DNA of 64,000 nt from Spirochaetia bacterium (GTDB lineage: Bacteria > Spirochaetota > Spirochaetia > CADAEX01). This document shows, piece after piece, positions 55,759 through 64,000 of the stretch. Where the stretch lies: NCBI GenBank assembly GCA_045606105.1, contig JAZURI010000002.1:1-64000 (forward strand), read 5' to 3'. Within the stretch, counting starts at the first letter, position 1; every line of letters begins with the position of its first letter. Both the position numbers and the translations under genes were made by a program. The notes under the pieces are model-generated. The model did not search any database. It saw only the letters and a list, made by a program, of their open reading frames with translations, and had not been told where the DNA came from.

Positions 55759-57769
55759 ACAGGATGCAATAGATTGTCTCTACAGATGTGAAAACTTCGA
55801 GGAACGGCCTCAGCAGACAGAATTTCTTAAAACAGTCTGCAGCTCCTTCAACAATGACAGCATAACCATTTCTGAGGCCGGTACCGGGGTAGGGAAATCC
55901 TATGCCTATCTCATTCCTGCCTTCATGTGGGTCATTTCCAACAGGGAACGGGTAGTCATCTCCACCGGAACCATAAATCTTCAGCACCAGCTCATGGAAA
56001 AGGATATTCCTGCCATCAGCAGGCTTTTTGACAGGAAGGTAAAGGCGGTACTGGTCAAGGGGCGGCAGAATTATGTCTGTATGAGAAGATTCCATGACAG
56101 GATGAGGGAAGCAGAGCTTTTTGACAGGAAAGAGGATTTTGATGCAATATCGGAATGGCTCAATGTTACGGCAACAGGGGAACGAAGCGATCTTCCGTTT
56201 TATCCCACAGCTGATCTGTGGAGTGATATCTGCTCCGAAAGCGAAGGCTGTCTTGCCTCAAAATGTCCTTTTTTTGAAAGCTGCTTCATTCAGAAGGTCC
56301 GCAGGGAAGCGGCCGGTGCATCCATTCTTGTTGTAAACCATCATCTTCTTTTTTCGGATCTCAGTGTCCGTGTAGAAGGTAACGATACAGGTACCGGAAT
56401 ACTTCCGTACTATTCCAGGGTTATTTTTGACGAGGCCCATAATCTTGAAAACTCAGCCACATCCTTCTTTTCCGGAATCCTGAACAGGCACATGCTGGCA
56501 AAGACCCTGGGACAGCTTTACCGTAAGCAGGGAAGACGGGAATACGGTCTTATAAAATTCCTCCGTGTTTTTTCCTCAAAGCAGGAGTCGGTCATAAAGA
56601 TTCCGGAGCTGATAAGGGATATACTGGTATCAGCCGACAACATAGAAAAGATTTTTCCCGATTCAGGGGTTTACGGGTTTGCTCCCGACAGTGCAGCAAG
56701 GGAAAAACTTCTTGAGGTTCTGGCAGAAACGGGCCGGCAGCTCAATTCCCTCTTTACGATTGTCAACGACATACACGAGGAGCTTGCCTCATCAAAGGAT
56801 AAGGAAATAAAGGAGGACAGCCGGCTTTTCGAGACCCATGTGGTGCTTAACAAGCTGAATTCATATATTACATTCCTTTTTGAATATACCAGGGATGATG
56901 ACAGGAATATTGTATGGCTTGAAAAAAGAAAGATTTCATCCATGATGATCACCCCCATATCTGTAGCCGAGACCCTTAAGAACGAGGTTTTCTCCAAGCT
57001 GAAGAACATTATCTTTGTCTCTGCAACACTCAGCGTTTTCCGTAAGTTCGGTTATTTTACCGGAAGGACAGGGCTGGACCTTATGGAAAAGAAGGCCGAA
57101 AGCTTTATCTTTGATTCCCCATTTGATTACAGGAGAAATGTTTTGCTGACCGTACCTGACGATCTGCCGGAGCCGGGAAACGGAGAATACATACATAAGC
57201 TTTCCGACCTTATCAGAAAGGTTCTGGTTTCAACGGAAGGTAAGGGACTGGTCCTGTTTACCTCATACAGCATGCTGACTGCCGTGTACGAGCTGGTGAA
57301 GGACGATTTCGTGAATGCGGGAATCACTCTCTACAAACAGGGTGACAATGAAAACAAGAAGCTGCTGGAATCCTTCAGGTTTGACTGTAACAGTGTCCTT
57401 TTTGCCACAGATTCCTTCTGGGAAGGGGTGGATTCACCGGGCGAGACATTATCGGTCCTTATAATTTGTCGTCTTCCTTTCAAGGTTCCCACCGATCCTG
57501 TGGTAAAGGCCAGAATGGAGGCAATAGAAAAGAACGGAGGCAATTCCTTTATGCAGTATTCTCTTCCCGAGGCTGTAATAAAGCTCAGGCAGGGCTTTGG
57601 AAGGCTTATCAGAAGCTCCTCCGACAGGGGCATTGTACTGATTACCGACAGCAGGATCATCACCAAATTCTACGGAAAGACATTTCTTGCCTCTCTGCCT
57701 GAAACAAGGCGTTATTTCGGTTCATCAGGGAGAATAATCGAAAATATAGAGAACTTTCTTTATCCTTAA
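55739..57769 (+). CDS. dinG: DinG/YoaA family Fe-S DNA helicase
   Basis: EAGTGVGKS, KGRQNYVC, Cys cluster, DEAH, SATL, FWEGVD and QGFGRLIR motifs. Confidence 0.9.
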   Translation: MSTKITEQDAIDCLYRCENFEERPQQTEFLKTVCSSFNNDSITISEAGTGVGKSYAYLIPAFMWVISNRERVVISTGTINLQHQLMEKDIPAISRLFDRKVKAVLVKGRQNYVCMRRFHDRMREAELFDRKEDFDAISEWLNVTATGERSDLPFYPTADLWSDICSESEGCLASKCPFFESCFIQKVRREAAGASILVVNHHLLFSDLSVRVEGNDTGTGILPYYSRVIFDEAHNLENSATSFFSGILNRHMLAKTLGQLYRKQGRREYGLIKFLRVFSSKQESVIKIPELIRDILVSADNIEKIFPDSGVYGFAPDSAAREKLLEVLAETGRQLNSLFTIVNDIHEELASSKDKEIKEDSRLFETHVVLNKLNSYITFLFEYTRDDDRNIVWLEKRKISSMMITPISVAETLKNEVFSKLKNIIFVSATLSVFRKFGYFTGRTGLDLMEKKAESFIFDSPFDYRRNVLLTVPDDLPEPGNGEYIHKLSDLIRKVLVSTEGKGLVLFTSYSMLTAVYELVKDDFVNAGITLYKQGDNENKKLLESFRFDCNSVLFATDSFWEGVDSPGETLSVLIICRLPFKVPTDPVVKARMEAIEKNGGNSFMQYSLPEAVIKLRQGFGRLIRSSSDRGIVLITDSRIITKFYGKTFLASLPETRRYFGSSGRIIENIENFLYP

Positions 57770-58827
57770 AGATTGTTGTTTACAAAATCTCTGTATCTGT
57801 CGGGATCTGTTTCCAGAGCTATGATATTTTCCTCATCATCAGCCTTGGAAAGGGCAGTATCTGCTTCCGAAAGAAGTCTTCCGGGAGTAAGGAGCCGTCC
57901 GTTTCTTGAGGTAATACCTGCATAGAGGATATTTTTTCCGGTTCTCATGGAAACTTCCTGAAAAAGGGTTGTGACAAGCCGGAGCGCTTCCTTCAAGGTC
58001 TTGTCAGGGAAAATGATATGGAAGCTGTCCTTTTTTCCTTCAAAAACCAGATCTGAGGAGGAGAAAATGTTTACAACAGCCTCGCCTGTGATTTTCCATA
58101 CCGATGGATCCGGCTTTTCATTGAATCTTATTTCCGCCAATGAAAGATCCCGGTCCAGGGAGGAGGCTTCGGAAAGGGTATCTGTAAGTGTCATTTCAAA
58201 ATATCTGCAGTCTGCAAATCCGTATTCAGACATTGCGGCTGCCTTGACAGGTAAAGGTCTGGACCCTTTTCTTCTGATATTGCTTCTGATACGGAACCGT
58301 TTCAGCATCTCTTCCGAGGAAATGATGAAAATTCCCGCAAAGAGGATTACCGATGCAAGAACAAAAATAATAAGGGATTTTATCATGTAGACCAGTCTTT
58401 CCCGGTCCAGGGTTCTGTATTTGACCTCAAGTTTCAGAGGGGCGCTGCCCACGAGATTTACGGGCCCCTGGAAGATGGAATTGTATCTTCCGGCCGTAAA
58501 TACAATCCTGCTGTTTTCATTTTTTACCAGGCTGTCATGTCTGAGATGGCAGTAGATAAGCCTGTCGCTGCTGTCCTTGACCATTACTCCCAGGAGCTTC
58601 CTGTCAAAGTTGAAGAATGCATTGATGTTTTTCCTGAATGCAGGGGTAAACTTATCATCGATAAGATATGTGGCCTTTACTGTATTTTCTATCTGTCCGA
58701 AGATATCATGTCCCTTGGCACTGTTTCCGGAATAGTTTCTGTATGCAATTACCGAGAAGGAAACTGCAAGGATAAGGAATACTGCCATGGCGGCACAGAT
58801 ATATATAAGTAAAAATTTCTTCTTCAT
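57766..58827 (-). CDS. Two-TM membrane protein with a periplasmic domain and a degenerate GGDEF-like C-terminal domain
   Basis: TM1 (approx. 5-28) and TM2 (approx. 147-169). C-terminus DLSLAEI...DLVFEGKKDSFHII...AGITS...LLSEADTALSKA follows the GGDEF-fold pattern. Confidence 0.6.
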   Translation of the reverse strand: MKKKFLLIYICAAMAVFLILAVSFSVIAYRNYSGNSAKGHDIFGQIENTVKATYLIDDKFTPAFRKNINAFFNFDRKLLGVMVKDSSDRLIYCHLRHDSLVKNENSRIVFTAGRYNSIFQGPVNLVGSAPLKLEVKYRTLDRERLVYMIKSLIIFVLASVILFAGIFIISSEEMLKRFRIRSNIRRKGSRPLPVKAAAMSEYGFADCRYFEMTLTDTLSEASSLDRDLSLAEIRFNEKPDPSVWKITGEAVVNIFSSSDLVFEGKKDSFHIIFPDKTLKEALRLVTTLFQEVSMRTGKNILYAGITSRNGRLLTPGRLLSEADTALSKADDEENIIALETDPDRYRDFVNNNL

Positions 58828-58848
58828 ATATTGTATATATCGGCCTGA

Positions 58849-59676
58849 TCAGAGCTTTTCTGTAATCTTTTTTATAAGTGATATAAAGCGTTTCTTGTTT
58901 TTTTCCGTGCTTTCAAGAACCTCTGTGTGGGTCAGCCTGGTTCCGGTGATTCCTGCCGCCATATTGGTGATAAAGGAGATTCCCAGAACCTTGATACCGC
59001 AGTGAACGGCAATGATGGTTTCGGGAACAGTGGACATTCCCACAGCATCTCCTCCCAGGATGGTACACATCCTGATTTCGGCCGGAGTTTCAAAGCTTGG
59101 TCCGGAAAACCATACATATACCCCCTCGTTTATCTCTATTCCCAGATCTGCTGCCGCCTCTTTTGCCTTTGACCTGAGCTCGGAATCGTAGGCATAGGTC
59201 ATATCGGGAAAACGGGGACCGAAATCCTCGTCATTCTGTCCCATAAGGGGATTTGCACCGCTGTAGTTTATATGGTCGTTGATTATCATGAGATCGCCGG
59301 CCTTGAAGGATCTGTTCACCCCTCCGGAAGCATTTGTCAGCACCAGCTTTTTTACACCCAGAAGCTTCATTGTCCTGATCGGAACTACAAGGTCCTTTCC
59401 TGTGTATCCCTCATAGAAATGAAATCTTCCCTGCATGATTATTACCGGCTTGCCGGAAAGAATACCGATGACAAAATTGCCTGCATGCCCTTTGGCCGTG
59501 GATATGGGAAAATCGGGAATATCACGATAAGGGATAACGATTTTTTCCTCTACGGAATCTGCTGTTTCCCCAAGACCTGAACCGAGAATCATGCCGATTT
59601 CGATTTCCCTGTCAAATTTCCTTTCATCAAGAATGGCTTTGATATAATTGAAAGCCTCAGTTAATCTTTTATCCAT
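58849..59676 (-). CDS. punA: Purine-nucleoside phosphorylase (trimeric PNP/XapA type)
   Basis: ILGSGLG, GHAG, GRFHFYEG, TNASGG, GPSFETPAE, VGMSTVPE and TNMAAG motifs. True start at 59676. Confidence 0.95.
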   Translation of the reverse strand: MDKRLTEAFNYIKAILDERKFDREIEIGMILGSGLGETADSVEEKIVIPYRDIPDFPISTAKGHAGNFVIGILSGKPVIIMQGRFHFYEGYTGKDLVVPIRTMKLLGVKKLVLTNASGGVNRSFKAGDLMIINDHINYSGANPLMGQNDEDFGPRFPDMTYAYDSELRSKAKEAAADLGIEINEGVYVWFSGPSFETPAEIRMCTILGGDAVGMSTVPETIIAVHCGIKVLGISFITNMAAGITGTRLTHTEVLESTEKNKKRFISLIKKITEKL

Positions 59677-59682
59677 ATAAAT

Positions 59683-59727
59683 ATAATATTTCATTATCTT
59701 TCCAGTGTCAAACAAAACTGTTATAAT
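59683..59727. promoter_or_regulatory. Interlocked divergent promoters for punA (-) and mnmA (+), both giving leaderless transcripts
   Basis: punA: TTGACA-17-TATTAT-6-ATG. mnmA: TTTCCA-17-(TGT)TATAAT-6-ATG. Confidence 0.72.
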
Positions 59728-59733
59728 GGAACC

Positions 59734-60795
59734 ATGAAGGAAGTTGTTGCTCTGGGGATGAGCGGTGGAATTGATTCTTCCATGGCACTCAAATATCTCC
59801 TTAAAGAATATGATACTGTCGTAGGGGCCAATCATGTGGTATGGCACGGGGTTCAGTGTTCAGACCCTCAGGTTATTGCCAGAGCCAGGGAGCTTTGTGA
59901 AAGGATGTCAGTTCCGTTTTACTGCATCGATGTTTCATGCCAGTTCAGAAAACAGGTGGCAGACCGTTTCATTTCCGATTATCTGTCAGGAAAGACTCCG
60001 AATCCGTGTGTTGTATGCAATGAGACCATCAAGTTCACCTATTTTTATGACAGGCTCAGGGAAATGCTGGAAAATGACGGTATTATCACCGGCGGAGATA
60101 CTCTGCTTTACGCAACCGGACACTATGCAGGGATTGTGGAAAAGGAAGGAAAGCTTTTCATATCAAAGGCAAAGGACCTCAGAAAGGACCAGAGTTACAT
60201 GCTTTACAGGCTTCCTCAGGAGCTGCTTGGAAGAATAAGGTTTCCTCTCGGAGATTTTCTTAAGAAGGATATTACCCTGGAGGCTGAGGAAGACGGGCTT
60301 GAATATTCCAATGTGAAGGAAAGCCAGGATATATGTTTCATCGAAGGGGCATACGGTGATTTCATTTCATCATATACAGGGCGGAAATTCAGGCCTGGAA
60401 AAATAGTCGACATGCAGGGAAACTATCTGGGAAAGCACCGCGGATACATACATTACACCATCGGTCAGAGAAAAGGTCTGGGACTGGGAAACGGCCCCTG
60501 GTTTGTCACCTCCGTCAATCCCGAAACAAATATCGTTACGGTGGGCCGGGAAAACGAACAGGGGCAGAAAACCTTTGTTGTCAGCGATCTGAACTGGTTT
60601 ATTGACTTTGACGGCCGGGAAACAGAGGCTGTGGTCAGGGTACGCTACAATTCGGGAGAGCATCCCTGCAGATTCCGGGCACTGGATGAGGACAAGGTAT
60701 TGGTAACCCTGGAAAAGGATACTGTCATTACCGGAGGCCAGAGTGCTGTCTTTTATCAGGGGGATCTGGTAATAGGGGGAGGAATCATCAGCTGA
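59734..60795 (+). CDS. mnmA: tRNA 2-thiouridine(34) synthase
   Basis: MSGGIDS, TPNPCVVCN, ATGHY, KDQSYML, ESQDICF, YTIGQRKGL and GQSAVFY motifs. Confidence 0.96.
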   Translation: MKEVVALGMSGGIDSSMALKYLLKEYDTVVGANHVVWHGVQCSDPQVIARARELCERMSVPFYCIDVSCQFRKQVADRFISDYLSGKTPNPCVVCNETIKFTYFYDRLREMLENDGIITGGDTLLYATGHYAGIVEKEGKLFISKAKDLRKDQSYMLYRLPQELLGRIRFPLGDFLKKDITLEAEEDGLEYSNVKESQDICFIEGAYGDFISSYTGRKFRPGKIVDMQGNYLGKHRGYIHYTIGQRKGLGLGNGPWFVTSVNPETNIVTVGRENEQGQKTFVVSDLNWFIDFDGRETEAVVRVRYNSGEHPCRFRALDEDKVLVTLEKDTVITGGQSAVFYQGDLVIGGGIIS

Positions 60796-61526
60796 TGTCT
60801 TTTCAGAACCCATTTCCGGGAGCAGTAACTGTTTTTCTGGAAGAAACCGAAACCACCATGAAGGATGCCGCTGAGCTGGCTCAGAAAAATGCCGGATCAG
60901 GCTCTCTTGTCTGTGCCGATTACCAGAGTGCCGGCCGGGGGCGTGTTCCCGACAGGAAATGGATAGGCATAAAAGGGGAATCCCTTCTTTTTACCGTTGT
61001 ATTCAGGATATCGGATATTCCCTTTGAGCTTTCTCTTTTTCCCTTCTTTGCAGGATATTCCCTTTCTATAGCCCTTGAGAAGCTGTACGGAATCAAAGGG
61101 AAAATCAAATGGCCCAACGATATCATTGTCAGTGGCAGAAAGCTGGCCGGAATATACTGCCGGTCCGACAGCGACTGCATACTCTGCGGTATAGGGGTCA
61201 ATCTGTTACAGGAGAACTTTGAAACCGCATCAGCCTTTCCTCCATGCTCCGTCAGGTCAGTTACCGGAAAAACTCCCTGCCGCAATACTCTTCTTGAATC
61301 AATACTTTCTGCCATGAAGGAGAGTCTGTCAGATCCGGAATGGAAGGAAAAAGGGGAGAAATCCCTTTTCAGGCTGGGAGAAGAGGTTCTGTTTGCCGAA
61401 GGAGAGGCCGGCAGCGTCATATTGTCCCGGGGGCGTGTGACAGGCCTGGGTGAATATGGTGAGCTGATTCTGGAAACAGACAGCGGTGAGCAGACTCACT
61501 TTTATTCCGGCGAGATATATTTGTAG
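60795..61526 (+). CDS. birA: Biotin-protein ligase (no HTH)
   Basis: QSAGRGR, KWPND, KLAGI and GIGVN motifs. Confidence 0.92.
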   Translation: MSFQNPFPGAVTVFLEETETTMKDAAELAQKNAGSGSLVCADYQSAGRGRVPDRKWIGIKGESLLFTVVFRISDIPFELSLFPFFAGYSLSIALEKLYGIKGKIKWPNDIIVSGRKLAGIYCRSDSDCILCGIGVNLLQENFETASAFPPCSVRSVTGKTPCRNTLLESILSAMKESLSDPEWKEKGEKSLFRLGEEVLFAEGEAGSVILSRGRVTGLGEYGELILETDSGEQTHFYSGEIYL

Positions 61527-61606
61527 CATATCGTCTTGAAGAAAAAGAAAAGAATTAGTATCTTATATAAAACAGAAAAATAATTAAATTAATATAAAGG
61601 GGTTAA

Positions 61607-63253
<1,647 letters not shown>

Positions 63254-63272
63254 TTTACATCCAATTATCGCT

Positions 63273-63305
63273 AAAAAGGAAGACTTAGGTCTTCCTTTTT
63301 TTTTT
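63273..63305 (+). terminator. Intrinsic terminator after groEL
   Basis: AAAAAGGAAGAC-TTAG-GTCTTCC followed by T10. Confidence 0.9.
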
Positions 63306-63331
63306 CAACAATATTATATTAAGACCGGAAT

Positions 63332-64000
63332 ATGAATGTTTTTATACAGATTATCCTTGCTGCGGCATCTTTTGCTTTTCTGGGAATTATTCTCGGTATT
63401 CTGTACAAGAAGATTTATTTTGGTTTTACACCTAAACAGGTTGCCTTTCTCATCGGGCAGCAGGAAATGGTGCTGGAAAACCTCAGAACCGGAATTATTT
63501 ATGTGGATAATCAGGGAAAGATTATTCTTCTCAATTCTGCCGGAAAAAAGCTGCTGCACCTGGATGACAACGCCATCGGCACAAATATAAAAAATTATTT
63601 TTTCTACGACCCGTTCCAGCTGATGCTGAAGACAGGAGAGCTAATTCCCTCCAGGGAGATAAGGATTTCTGCCTGCAACTCCATTCTCTTTCAGTTTCAT
63701 CTGGTGCACAACAAATCGGGCGACAAGCTTCTGGGTATCATTGCCAACATGGAGGATCTTTCCATAGCAAAGCAGAAAGCGGAGGAGCTTACCGGCATGA
63801 GAACCCTGATGAACGAGGTCAGGGCCCATAACCATGAGTTCCAGAACAAGCTCCATACCATTTCGGGGCTTATACAGCTGCAGGAATATCAGGAAGCCAT
63901 AGATTTCATCTCAAACGCCACAAAATACAGCCAGAGGCTTATAGGAACCCTTATTTCCAAGGTGAAGGATCCCAGTGTGGCAGGTCTACTGATGTCAAAG
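63332..64000 (+). CDS. CitA/DcuS-type sensor histidine kinase, 3'-truncated by the window edge (absent from the ORF track)
   Basis: Translated by hand: [37 protein letters not shown]..., PAS ([15 protein letters not shown]), then [20 protein letters not shown] (CitA-type H-box). Open to the window end. Confidence 0.88.
   Translation, partial: MNVFIQIILAAASFAFLGIILGILYKKIYFGFTPKQVAFLIGQQEMVLENLRTGIIYVDNQGKIILLNSAGKKLLHLDDNAIGTNIKNYFFYDPFQLMLKTGELIPSREIRISACNSILFQFHLVHNKSGDKLLGIIANMEDLSIAKQKAEELTGMRTLMNEVRAHNHEFQNKLHTISGLIQLQEYQEAIDFISNATKYSQRLIGTLISKVKDPSVAGLLMSK

Noticed and set aside
63314-63856. Three short ORFs listed in the track at the window end
   Set aside because: They are superseded by the open plus-strand kinase frame 63332 to >64000, which the track omitted because it has no stop in the window.

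Overview
A 64-kb, very gene-dense chromosomal segment from an anaerobic bacterium that is most likely a spirochaete. The murG-cvpA-holB-sensor kinase-sigma54 regulator block, fused PyrBI, TPAT (TatT/TatP) transporter and groEL without groES are all Treponema/Borrelia-like, but this is inferred from gene content and order, not from a database search. Contents: the end of an electron-bifurcating [FeFe]-hydrogenase operon, rpiA, PFOR (nifJ), purB-guaB-purA, an accessory-looking GNAT / ACT-MBL / hcp-ferredoxin-Crp(HcpR) block, a TAXI-TRAP and a TPAT-TRAP transporter, htrA, a U32 protein, argH, recG, dnaE, manA, pyrBI, rarA, dinG, PNP, mnmA, birA, groEL and a truncated CitA-type kinase missing from the ORF track. 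No rRNA, tRNA, CRISPR array, IS element, integrase or prophage gene was recognised. The most interesting observations are: (1) an operon of a LoaP-type NusG paralogue plus three xanthine-dehydrogenase-like subunits, in which nearly all recognisable Mo-cofactor and catalytic motifs are eroded while the Fe-S ligands are intact, suggesting a Moco-independent pseudo-enzyme complex; (2) nine genes with the same -35/17 nt/-10/5-7 nt/ATG layout and no Shine-Dalgarno, suggesting pervasive leaderless mRNAs, with two divergent pairs using interlocked promoters of near-identical geometry; (3) several cis-acting hairpins, including a terminator inside a coding sequence and a stem covering an entire intergenic region.
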